Of a DNA stretch of 64,000 nt, positions 1 to 8,469 are shown in pieces. Numbering within the stretch: position 1 is the stretch's first letter; each line of letters starts with the position of its first letter. The notes beneath the pieces were generated by a model. That model was not told the origin of the DNA. It worked only from the letters and a program-made list of their open reading frames with translations, and made no database searches. The position numbers and the translations under genes are program-made. The DNA is taken from the NCBI GenBank assembly GCA_036497115.1, contig DASXJY010000033.1, forward strand, positions 5,483-69,482, given 5' to 3'. The stretch is from Solirubrobacteraceae bacterium. GTDB lineage: Bacteria > Actinomycetota > Thermoleophilia > Solirubrobacterales > Solirubrobacteraceae.

Positions 1-51
1 TCGGGCGGCAGAGGCGGCAAGCTCGAGCTGGCGTTCGATTCGGTCGGTCAT
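1..51 (-). CDS. SRPBCC (START/AHSA1-like) domain protein, N-terminal 17 codons only; continues off the window edge
   Basis: The minus strand reads GGAGG (RBS) then ATG at 51: MTDRIERQLELAASAAR. This resembles typical SRPBCC N-termini (IERxxxLxAxxxxVW). It is not in the ORF track and only 17 aa are visible. Confidence 0.55.
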   Translation of the reverse strand, partial: MTDRIERQLELAASAAR

Positions 52-76
52 GGATCGCCTCCAGGGCTCCTGTGAT

Positions 77-133
77 GTGCAACTTACCGGTTGCGCATGT
101 GCTACGGTTCATTACGCAACCAATCGGTTGCAC
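77..133. promoter_or_regulatory. Two palindromic operator-like sites, GCAAC-N6-GTTGC (79-94 and 116-131), in the divergent SRPBCC/clpP intergenic region
   Basis: GCAACttaccgGTTGC and GCAACcaatcgGTTGC are read directly. The outer ends GTGCAAC (77-83) and GTTGCAC (127-133) are also inverted. Confidence 0.7.
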
Positions 134-159
134 CTTATCACCCCACCGAAAAGAGCCGT

Positions 160-777
160 ATGCCCCTGGTTCCGATGGTCGTCGAGCAGACCGCCCGTGG
201 CGAGCGCTCGTTCGACATCTATTCCCGGCTGCTCAACGATCGCGTCGTCTTCGTCGGCGGAGAGATCGACCAGGAGAGCGCCAACCTGATCGTTGCCCAG
301 CTCGTCCACCTCGAGTCCGACGATCCCGACAAGGACATCCACCTGTACATCAATTCTCCCGGCGGTTCGGTCTACGACGGGATGGCCATCTACGACACGA
401 TGCAGTTCATCCGCCCCGACGTGCAGACGATCTGCTACGGCGTGGCGATGTCGATGGGCTCGCTGCTGCTGACCGGAGGGGCCAAGGGCAAGCGCATGGC
501 GCTGCCCAACTCGCGGATCCTCATCCACCAGCCCTCCGGCGGATTCCAAGGCCAGAGCGCCGACATCGAGATCCACGCCCGCGAGGTGCTGGCGATCCGC
601 GCCCGGATCGACGAGATCTACGCCCGGCACACCGAGCAGCCGATTGAGCGAGTCCACGCCGACATGGACCGCGACCGCTTCTTCACCGGCGAGGAGGCGG
701 TGGGCTACGGGCTGGTCGACCGAGTGATCGAGCGCCGCGCCCTGACCAACGGCGCGCGCGGCTTCGGGACCCGCTAG
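160..777 (+). CDS. clpP: ATP-dependent Clp protease proteolytic subunit (probably an accessory paralog)
   Basis: [26 protein letters not shown]-terminus, LYINSPGG, catalytic Ser (AMSMG), His (ILIHQP) and Asp (DRDRF). Start taken at ATG 160. Confidence 0.95.
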   Translation: MPLVPMVVEQTARGERSFDIYSRLLNDRVVFVGGEIDQESANLIVAQLVHLESDDPDKDIHLYINSPGGSVYDGMAIYDTMQFIRPDVQTICYGVAMSMGSLLLTGGAKGKRMALPNSRILIHQPSGGFQGQSADIEIHAREVLAIRARIDEIYARHTEQPIERVHADMDRDRFFTGEEAVGYGLVDRVIERRALTNGARGFGTR

Positions 778-897
778 GCAAGGGGCAGCTCCCGGGCCGA
801 GGCGAAGAGCCGAGCAACCGCAGCGCAGGGAGGTCAGCGCACTCGAGGCTGGATGACGGCGACCGGGATCAACCGAGTCCGTCAGTACGCTGTCGCG

Positions 898-2352
898 ATG
901 CGCCTGGACCAGGTTTTGCCGGACGCTTCGATTGGCGGCGCGCGAGATCTCGAGATCACCGGGCTCGCCTACGACAATCGGGAGGTCCGGCCGGGGACCC
1001 TGTTCTTCTGCGTGCCCGGATTCACGCGCGACGGTCACGACTTCGCCCCCGCGGCGGTCGCCGCCGGCGCGGTGGCGCTGGTCGTGCAACGGCGCCTGCA
1101 CCTCGATGTCCCCCAGATCGAGGTCGAGTCGGTGCGGGCCGCGATGGCTCCGGCGGCGGCCGCGTTCTACGGTGATCCGACCGCTCGGCTCGAGACCGTG
1201 GGGGTGACCGGGACCAACGGCAAGACAACCACCGCGTTCCTGGTTTCAGAGCTGCTGGAGGCGGCCGGCCGTCAAACCGGACTGATGGGGACCGTCAAGA
1301 GCGTGATCGGCGGCGTTGAGAGCGAGGTGACGCGGACAACGCCAGAGGCCATCGACCTGCAGCGGACGTTCGGGCAGATGCTCGACCACGGCGACCGAGC
1401 CTGCGTGATGGAGGTCTCGTCGCATGCCCTGCAGCTCTGCCGCGCCGATGCAATCCATTTCGCGGCGGCGATCTTCACCAACCTGACCCAGGACCATCTG
1501 GACTTCCATCCCACGATGGAGGATTACTTCGCGGCCAAGCGCCGCCTGTTCGTCCGCCCCAATCCGCCTGCCCACGCCGTCATCAACATCGACGACCCCT
1601 ACGGCGCCCGGCTGGCCGACGAGCTCGAAGGCGCGATCACGTTCGGCCTGCGCGGCCAAGCCGCGTACCGCGCTACGAACGTCCGCACTGACCTGACCGG
1701 GTCGACGTTCACGATCCAGGCCCCCGACTGCCAGCTCGAGCTGAGATCACCGCTGCGCGGTGAGTTCAACGTGTACAACGTGCTGGGGTCAGTGGCCGCG
1801 GCGCGGGCCCTCGGCGTTGCGCCCGCCACCTGTGTTGAGGCCATCGCCTCCGCGGGTCAGGTGCCGGGACGCTTTCAGACCGTCGACGACGGGCAGCCGT
1901 TCGCCGTCCTGGTCGACTACGCCCACACCCCCGATTCGCTGGAGAACGTCCTCACGGCGGCCAGGCAGCTCAGCGACGGTCGCCTGATCGTCGTCTTCGG
2001 CTGCGGCGGCGATCGCGATCGCGGCAAGCGCCCGGTGATGGGGGAGATCGCCACTCGCCTGGCCGATCGCGCGATAGCCACCTCCGACAACCCCCGGTCT
2101 GAGGACCCCGAGGCGATCATCGACGAGATCCTGGCCGGCGCCGGTCCCCGGGCGGCCCACCAGGTCGACCGGCGCGAGGCGATCGCCCAGGCGATCGGCG
2201 AGGCGCAGCCGGGTGACGTGGTGGTGATCGCCGGCAAGGGCCACGAGCAGGGTCAGGAGTTCGAAGATGGCCGCAAGATCCCCTTCGACGACGTGACCGT
2301 CGCCCATGAGATCCTGCGGGGCGCGCCGGTGCGCGCCGGCGCCGGCAACTGA
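898..2352 (+). CDS. murE: UDP-MurNAc-L-Ala-D-Glu--meso-DAP ligase
   Basis: GVTGTNGKTT P-loop, MEVSSHAL, FTNLTQDHLDFH, DYAHTPD, and the DNPR meso-DAP motif. Start moved to ATG 898, which has TACGCT 6 nt upstream. Confidence 0.95.
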   Translation: MRLDQVLPDASIGGARDLEITGLAYDNREVRPGTLFFCVPGFTRDGHDFAPAAVAAGAVALVVQRRLHLDVPQIEVESVRAAMAPAAAAFYGDPTARLETVGVTGTNGKTTTAFLVSELLEAAGRQTGLMGTVKSVIGGVESEVTRTTPEAIDLQRTFGQMLDHGDRACVMEVSSHALQLCRADAIHFAAAIFTNLTQDHLDFHPTMEDYFAAKRRLFVRPNPPAHAVINIDDPYGARLADELEGAITFGLRGQAAYRATNVRTDLTGSTFTIQAPDCQLELRSPLRGEFNVYNVLGSVAAARALGVAPATCVEAIASAGQVPGRFQTVDDGQPFAVLVDYAHTPDSLENVLTAARQLSDGRLIVVFGCGGDRDRGKRPVMGEIATRLADRAIATSDNPRSEDPEAIIDEILAGAGPRAAHQVDRREAIAQAIGEAQPGDVVVIAGKGHEQGQEFEDGRKIPFDDVTVAHEILRGAPVRAGAGN

Positions 2353-3710
2353 TGAAGCAGTGGACAGCCCAGCGGGTCGCAGCGGCGGCCGGTGCCCGCC
2401 TGATCGGCCCGCCGGCGAGCCGCGGTGGTCCTGAGCGGGTGGAGATCGACTCCCGTGAGGCCGGACCCGGGGTGCTGTTCGTGGGCCTGGCCGGGGCACG
2501 GCGCGACGGCGGCGCCTACGCCTCTGAGGCGCTGGCCGCGGGGGCGTGGGGAACGCTCACCAGCCCCGACCACGCTGCCCGGCTCGCCCGCGGTGGCACC
2601 GGCGCGGTACTGGCTGCCGCCGACCCGCTCCGGGCGCTGCAGAGGCTGGCGACGGCCTGGCGGCGCCACCTTGACGTCCAGGTGATCGGGGTGACGGGAT
2701 CGACTGGCAAGACGTCCACCAAGGACCTGCTCAAGGCGTTGCTGGCCCCCCATCGCCGCACATTCGCCTCTCGGGCCAACTTCAACACCGAGATCGGCTT
2801 GCCGCTGGAGATCCTGGCCGCCCCCGCCGACACCCAGGTTCTGGTGCTGGAGATGGGGATGCGCGGGGCGGGGCAGATCGCCGAGCTGGCTGAGATCGCC
2901 GAGCCCGACGTGGCCGTGATCGTGAGCATCGGGCCGGTCCACCTAGAGCTGATGGGCACAGTGGAGGCGGTCGCCGCCGCCAAGGCAGAGCTGATCGGGG
3001 CGCTGGCGCCCGGTGCCACCGCCGTGATCCCGGCCGGGGAGCGGCTGCTGGAGCCGTGGCTGCGAGACGACATCACCACCGTGACATTCGGGGAGGGCGG
3101 CGCGGTGCGGTTTGTCCACCAGGCGCCCGAGCACGTGGTGATCGACGCCGCCGGCGAGCGGATCGAGCTCGAAGTGCCCTTTCCGCAGGCGCATCTGCGG
3201 TCAAACCTGCTCGCCGCGGTCGCCGCCGCGCGGGCCGTCGGCGTCACTGCGTCGGGCCGCGTGGCGCTGCGCCTGTCCGCCGGCCGGGGGGAGAGCGTAA
3301 GCCTGGCCGGGGGAGTAACGGTCATCGACGGCTGCTACAACGCCAACCCGATGTCGATGCGCGCCGCCCTCGCAGACCTCGCCGACAGCGCCGAGCGCGT
3401 CGCCGCCGTCCGGCGTGTCGCCGTGCTCGGGGACATGCTCGAACTGGGGCCCGGGGCGCGGGACTACCACGCCGAACTCGGTCAGCTCGCCAACGCGGCC
3501 GGCGTCGATCTGCTGGTCACGGTCGGACCGCTGGCGGCCGCGATCGCCGAACGGTTCGCGGGCCCGGCAACGGCCTTCGCCGACGCCGAGGCGGCCGCCG
3601 CGGCCGTCCCCGAGCTGCTCGAGCCGGGCGACCTGGTCCTCGTCAAGGGCTCCCTCGGCGTCGGGCTCAAGCGCGTCTGCGACTCGCTGGGCGTGGGGGC
3701 TCCCGCGTGA
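2352..3710 (+). CDS. murF: UDP-MurNAc-tripeptide--D-Ala-D-Ala ligase
   Basis: GVTGSTGKTSTK, NFNTEIGLP, LEMGM, YNANPMSM, LGDMLELG; position in the dcw cluster. Confidence 0.95.
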   Translation: MKQWTAQRVAAAAGARLIGPPASRGGPERVEIDSREAGPGVLFVGLAGARRDGGAYASEALAAGAWGTLTSPDHAARLARGGTGAVLAAADPLRALQRLATAWRRHLDVQVIGVTGSTGKTSTKDLLKALLAPHRRTFASRANFNTEIGLPLEILAAPADTQVLVLEMGMRGAGQIAELAEIAEPDVAVIVSIGPVHLELMGTVEAVAAAKAELIGALAPGATAVIPAGERLLEPWLRDDITTVTFGEGGAVRFVHQAPEHVVIDAAGERIELEVPFPQAHLRSNLLAAVAAARAVGVTASGRVALRLSAGRGESVSLAGGVTVIDGCYNANPMSMRAALADLADSAERVAAVRRVAVLGDMLELGPGARDYHAELGQLANAAGVDLLVTVGPLAAAIAERFAGPATAFADAEAAAAAVPELLEPGDLVLVKGSLGVGLKRVCDSLGVGAPA

Positions 3711-4696
3711 GCACCGGCTCGGCCTCCGGGCCCGTCCTGATCGCCGGCACCGCGTCGCTGCTGATCTGTCTGTTCCTCAGCCCGCGGTTCATCGTGTTCC
3801 TGCGCCGCCGGGAATTCGGCCAGAACATCCGCGAGGAGGGTCCCCGGGGCCACCAGACCAAGGCCGGAACGCCGACGATGGGCGGGATCATCATCTTCAC
3901 CGCGATCGCGGTGCCGTTCCTGCTGCTGTCGCACCGCGACTGGCAGTCGGTCGGGGTGTTCGGCGCCAGCGTCGCCTGCGCGCTGCTGGGGTTTGCCGAC
4001 GACTACACGAAGATCGTCAAGCGCCGTTCGCTGGGGCTGCGCGCCCGCACCAAGCTCGTGGTGACGATCCTCATCTCGCTCGGCCTGTGGTGGGTGGCGA
4101 CTCAGAAGGCCGGCATCGCGCCGACGATCAGGGTCAGGCCCGGCGACGTCACGATCGACCTCGGCCCCCTGTATCCGGTGTTCATCTATCTGGTCGTGGC
4201 GGGCACGACGACGGCGGTGAACTTCACCGATGGACTGGACGGCCTCGCCGCGGGCTGCGCGGCTATCGTCCTGCTGGCCTACATCGGGATCACCTTCATC
4301 ACCACCGGAGAGCACGACCTCACCCTGCTGGCCTCGTGCCTGGTCGGCGCCTGTATCGGCTTTCTGTGGTTCAACAGCTTCCCGGCCAGCATCTTCATGG
4401 GAGACACCGGATCGCTCGGCCTGGGGGGAGCGATCGCCGGGCTGGCGATCATGACCAAGACGGAGGTCCTGCTGATCCTGCTCGGAGGCATCTTCGTGAT
4501 CGAGGTGCTGTCGGTGGTGATCCAGGTGTTCTCGTTTCAGACCTTCCGCAAGCGGGTCTTCCTGATGGCGCCGATCCACCACCACTTCGAGCTGCAGGCG
4601 TGGTCGGAGACCAAGATCATCCTGCGCTTCTGGATCGTCGCCGCGGCGTTCGGAGCGATCGGCTTCGTCGTCTACCAGCTCAGCATCCGTGGCTGA
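3707..4696 (+). CDS. mraY: Phospho-MurNAc-pentapeptide transferase
   Basis: KAGTPTMGG, GFADDY, NFTDGLDGL, FMGDTGS, MAPIHHHFE; GTGA overlap with the murF stop. Confidence 0.95.
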   Translation: MSTGSASGPVLIAGTASLLICLFLSPRFIVFLRRREFGQNIREEGPRGHQTKAGTPTMGGIIIFTAIAVPFLLLSHRDWQSVGVFGASVACALLGFADDYTKIVKRRSLGLRARTKLVVTILISLGLWWVATQKAGIAPTIRVRPGDVTIDLGPLYPVFIYLVVAGTTTAVNFTDGLDGLAAGCAAIVLLAYIGITFITTGEHDLTLLASCLVGACIGFLWFNSFPASIFMGDTGSLGLGGAIAGLAIMTKTEVLLILLGGIFVIEVLSVVIQVFSFQTFRKRVFLMAPIHHHFELQAWSETKIILRFWIVAAAFGAIGFVVYQLSIRG

Positions 4697-4717
4697 GCTG
4701 TCAGCTCGCGCCTGGCG

Positions 4718-6058
4718 ATGAAGCCGCGCCCGCCGCTTCCCGGCGGTCCCTATCTGATCGTCGGCCTGGCCCGCTCAGGGGTGGCCGCGGCGTTGGCTCT
4801 GCGCGCCCGAGGGGAGGAGGTGATGGGATGCGATTCGGGCGCACCCGGCAGCGCCGAGCTCGATGCGGCCGCCGGAAGGCTTTGCCAAGCCGGCGTCGAA
4901 GTCCACCTCGATGCGTCAGGCGACGCCCTTGCCGCCCGCGCCGGGACGCTCATCAAGAGCCCCGGCGTTCCCCAAAGCGCCCCCGCCGTGGTGGCGGCGC
5001 GAGCTCGTGGCGTGCCTGTGCTCGGCGAGCTCGAGCTCGCCTGGCGGCTGGTCCCGAACGAGTTCGTGGCTGTGACCGGGACCAACGGGAAGACGACCAC
5101 GACCGAGTGGATAGGCCACATCCATCGCGAGGCGGCGCTGCCGGTGGCGGTCGTCGGCAACGTGGGGACGGCGGCCAGCTCGCTGTCCGCAAATGTGGGT
5201 CCGCAGGCCACGGTGGTCTGTGAGGCCTCGTCGTTTCAGCTCGAGGACACCGACCGGTTCGCCCCGGAAGCCGCCATCCTGCTCAACCTCGAGCCCGACC
5301 ATCTCGACCGTCACCCCAGCTACGAGGACTACGTGGCGGCGAAGCTGCGGATCTTCGCCAACCAGGGCAACTACGACATCGCCGTGGCCCCAGACGACCT
5401 CGAGGTCGAGGACCTCGGCGGCTGCGCGCGGAGGGTCACGTTCGGCGCCGGGCCGGCGGCCGAGCTGTCCGAGCGCGCCGGCTATCTGTGGTGGGCCGAG
5501 GAGCCGCTGCTCGACGCCGGTGAGATCTCGCTCCCCGGCGCGCATAACCGGGCCAATGCGATGGCGGCGGCAGCGGCGTGCCTGGCGCGGGGGGTCGAGC
5601 GCGAGGCGGTGATCTCCGGTCTGCGGAGCTTCGCCGGCGTCGCGCACCGGCTGGAGCTGATCGCCGTCCGTGACGGGGTGGCCTACGTCAACGACTCGAA
5701 AGCGACCAACGTGGCCAGCACGCTGGTCGCCCTGCGCAGCTACCGCGGCGGCGTGCATCTGATCGCGGGGGGGCGCGGCAAGCAGCAGGACTTCTCGCCG
5801 TTGGCACCGGTCGTCGCCGAGCGCTGCCGCGCCGTCTACCTGATCGGCGAGGCCGCGGTCGAGCTGGCCGCCGCGCTGGCCCCGTCGGGAATCTCGGTCA
5901 GCGAGGCCGGCGACCTGGAGCGCGCCGTGGCCGCCGCCGCCGCCGCCGCCGCGCCCGGCGAGACGGTGCTGCTGTCGCCGGCCTGCGCCAGCTACGACCA
6001 GTTCCCGAACTTCGAAGTCCGTGGTGAGCACTTTCGCGCGCTTGTGGAGGCGCTCTGA
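4718..6058 (+). CDS. murD: UDP-MurNAc-L-Ala--D-Glu ligase
   Basis: GLARSG, KSPGVP, VTGTNGKTT, EASSFQL, NDSKATN, LLSPACASYDQF. Confidence 0.95.
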   Translation: MKPRPPLPGGPYLIVGLARSGVAAALALRARGEEVMGCDSGAPGSAELDAAAGRLCQAGVEVHLDASGDALAARAGTLIKSPGVPQSAPAVVAARARGVPVLGELELAWRLVPNEFVAVTGTNGKTTTTEWIGHIHREAALPVAVVGNVGTAASSLSANVGPQATVVCEASSFQLEDTDRFAPEAAILLNLEPDHLDRHPSYEDYVAAKLRIFANQGNYDIAVAPDDLEVEDLGGCARRVTFGAGPAAELSERAGYLWWAEEPLLDAGEISLPGAHNRANAMAAAAACLARGVEREAVISGLRSFAGVAHRLELIAVRDGVAYVNDSKATNVASTLVALRSYRGGVHLIAGGRGKQQDFSPLAPVVAERCRAVYLIGEAAVELAAALAPSGISVSEAGDLERAVAAAAAAAAPGETVLLSPACASYDQFPNFEVRGEHFRALVEAL

Positions 6059-7404
6059 TGGCCGAGGGGCCAGCGGCGGCCGGCAGCGGCTCGAGCGCTG
6101 CCGGTGCGGCGCGGGCCGGCGGCGGCGCGAGCGCTGCCGGTGCGGCTCGTGGGGGAGTGGCGGCGCGCCGCCGTTCCGGTGGCCGTCGGGTCGCTCCGCC
6201 GCTCGAGCACCGGATCCTGATGAGCGCGACGCTGTGCCTGCTGGCGTTCGGGGCGGTGATGGTCTATAGCGCGTCCTCACCGCTGGGTGTGTTGAATGGC
6301 CAGGGCAACGGCACCGGCGACTTCGTGCGTTACCTGGCCTTCGGCGGGCTCGGGCTCGGCGCGATGTATTTGCTCGAGCGCCGCGGCTTGGCGCTGCTGG
6401 ACCGCCGGCTGGTCAACCTGCTGCTGATGGGGGCCTTTGCCCTGCTGGTGCTGGTGCTGGTGCCCGGCTTCGGGGTCCAGGTCAACGGGGCTCGGCGCTG
6501 GTTTGCGCTCGGTCCGATCCAGTTTCAGCCCTCGGAGCTGATGAAGATCGCCCTGGTCCTGTACGTGGCCCGGTACCTGGCCGATCACCCCAAGCGGATT
6601 CGCAGCTTTCGCCAGGCGGTCGCCCCGATCGCCATCCTGACCGGGCCGGCCTGCCTGCTGATCGTGGTCGAGCCGGATCTCGGCACCACCCTCGTGGTGG
6701 CCTTCACGATGACCATGCTGTTGCTGGCGGCCGGGATGCCGATCCGCTACATCGGCGTGCTCGCCGCGCTGGCGATCGGCTTCGTCCTGCTGCTGGCGAT
6801 CGCCCAGCCCTACCAGCGGGCCCGGCTGACCTCGTTCCTCAATCCCTGGGCGTCGAAGTCGACCGCCGGCTTCCAGGCCGTGCAGGGCCAGATCGCGCTG
6901 GGCTCGGGCGGGCTGGTGGGGGTGGGACTGGGCAAATCGGTCCAGAAGATCTTCTATCTCCCCGAGGCACAGACCGACTTCATCCTGGCGGTGATCGGCG
7001 AGGAGCTGGGGGTGCTCGGCGTCTTCGGCGTGGTCTTCCTGTACGGAATGATCGCCTACGCCGGCCTGCGGACCGCCCGGCGGGCGGCGCAGCGGTATGC
7101 GAAGCTGCTGGCCACCGGGCTGACATCGCTGATCCTGTGCCAGGGCATCCTGAACATCTTCGTGGTGCTGGGAATCGCACCCCTCACCGGGGTGCCGCTT
7201 CCGTTCATCTCCTATGCGCCCACGAACCTGTGCGTGATGCTGGCTTCGGTCGGACTGCTGCTCAACATCTCCCGGCCGGGGGCCCGCAGACTCAAGGTGG
7301 TCGAGGCTCCGACGCGTGACAGCGCCGCGGACCGCGACCGGCGCCGGCGAGACCGCCGGAGCCGACGAGCCGGCGCCGGCAGAGGCCGGCGCTCAGCCGG
7401 CTGA
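6058..7404 (+). CDS. ftsW: SEDS peptidoglycan polymerase FtsW
   Basis: MVYSAS, NGARRW, FQPSELMK, EPDLGT, YLPEAQTDFI, TGVPLPFISY. The N-terminus is low-complexity and the start is uncertain. Confidence 0.92.
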   Translation: MAEGPAAAGSGSSAAGAARAGGGASAAGAARGGVAARRRSGGRRVAPPLEHRILMSATLCLLAFGAVMVYSASSPLGVLNGQGNGTGDFVRYLAFGGLGLGAMYLLERRGLALLDRRLVNLLLMGAFALLVLVLVPGFGVQVNGARRWFALGPIQFQPSELMKIALVLYVARYLADHPKRIRSFRQAVAPIAILTGPACLLIVVEPDLGTTLVVAFTMTMLLLAAGMPIRYIGVLAALAIGFVLLLAIAQPYQRARLTSFLNPWASKSTAGFQAVQGQIALGSGGLVGVGLGKSVQKIFYLPEAQTDFILAVIGEELGVLGVFGVVFLYGMIAYAGLRTARRAAQRYAKLLATGLTSLILCQGILNIFVVLGIAPLTGVPLPFISYAPTNLCVMLASVGLLLNISRPGARRLKVVEAPTRDSAADRDRRRRDRRSRRAGAGRGRRSAG

Positions 7405-8458
7405 CCCGCCGGCCCTCCGGATCGTGATCGCGGCCGGCGGGACGGCCGGCCACGTGGTTCCGGCCCTGGCGGTCGCCGACGCCCTGCGCGCGGCCGGGGC
7501 CGAGGTGGCGTTCGTGGGCGGCGAACGCGCTGAGCGCGAATTGGTGCCGGCGGCCGGTTACGAGCTGCACCGGCTGCGGGTGGCGCCGCTGGCCCGGCGA
7601 AGTCCCACCCGCGCTGCGCGGGCCATGGCGGTTGACGCTGCGGCGGTGCGAGCGGCGCGGCGGCTGCTGTCTGAGCTGGCGCCCTCGGCGGTGCTCGGGG
7701 CTGGCGGATACGTGGCCGGACCGGTGGGTCTGGCCGCGGTGACCCTGCGGGTGCCGCTGATGCTGATGGAGTCAGACAGCCATCTGGGTCTGACCAACCG
7801 GCTGCTGGCGCCGCTGGCCCGCCGGGTCTTTTTGGCCTTCCCGATCGCCGGGCGCCAGGGTGGGCGCTACCGGTTGACCGGTCGGCCGGTACCGCCACCG
7901 GCCACCGACCGGGAGAAGGCGCGAGCCCGGTTTCAGATTCCCGCCGGCGAGCCCTGCGTGCTCGTGTTCGGCGGCAGCCAGGGCGCCCGGTCGATCAACC
8001 GGGCGGCGATCGAGGCGTTCGCCGGAGCCCGCTTTCACGTCCTGCATGCCGCCGGAGAACGAGATCTGCCAAGTCTCGAGTCGCCGGGGCCCCACTATGA
8101 CCTGCGCGGGTACATCGACGGCTTCGGCGAGGCGTTGCTGGCCAGCGATCTGGTGGTGGCCCGCTCCGGGGGGTCGCTGTTCGAGGTCGCCGCCCATGGG
8201 CGCCCCATGGTGCTGATCCCCTATCCGCACGCCACCGCCGATCACCAGGCCGAGAACGCGGGTTACGTGGAGCGCGCGGGAGCGGCGGTGGTGATTGCCG
8301 ACGCCGAGCTGACCGGACCTCGACTGGCCCAGGAGGTGGGCCGGTTGCTGGCCGATCCCGGCCGCCTGACGGCGATGGGACGAGCCTCGGCGGAGCTGGC
8401 CAGGCCCCAGGCCGCCGCGCAGATCGCCGGCGAGGTGCTGGCTGTCGCCCGGCGCTAG
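7316..8458 (+). CDS. murG: Undecaprenyl-PP-MurNAc-pentapeptide GlcNAc transferase
   Basis: AAGGTAGHVVP, GGYV, VFGGSQGA, LIPYPHATADHQ; overlaps the ftsW 3' end. Confidence 0.93.
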   Translation: MTAPRTATGAGETAGADEPAPAEAGAQPADPPALRIVIAAGGTAGHVVPALAVADALRAAGAEVAFVGGERAERELVPAAGYELHRLRVAPLARRSPTRAARAMAVDAAAVRAARRLLSELAPSAVLGAGGYVAGPVGLAAVTLRVPLMLMESDSHLGLTNRLLAPLARRVFLAFPIAGRQGGRYRLTGRPVPPPATDREKARARFQIPAGEPCVLVFGGSQGARSINRAAIEAFAGARFHVLHAAGERDLPSLESPGPHYDLRGYIDGFGEALLASDLVVARSGGSLFEVAAHGRPMVLIPYPHATADHQAENAGYVERAGAAVVIADAELTGPRLAQEVGRLLADPGRLTAMGRASAELARPQAAAQIAGEVLAVARR

Positions 8459-8469
8459 GGGAGGTCCGT

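Noticed and set aside
3056-3706. Extended N-termini for mraY, and likewise gcvPB, ribH, rpmB and the APC permease in the ORF track
   Set aside because: These are open alternative frames of neighbouring genes caused by high GC; homology starts at the overlap or promoter-proximal codons given in the features.
5920-5955. GCC trinucleotide run in murD
   Set aside because: It is an in-frame poly-Ala tract typical of high-GC coding sequence, with no sign of phase variation.
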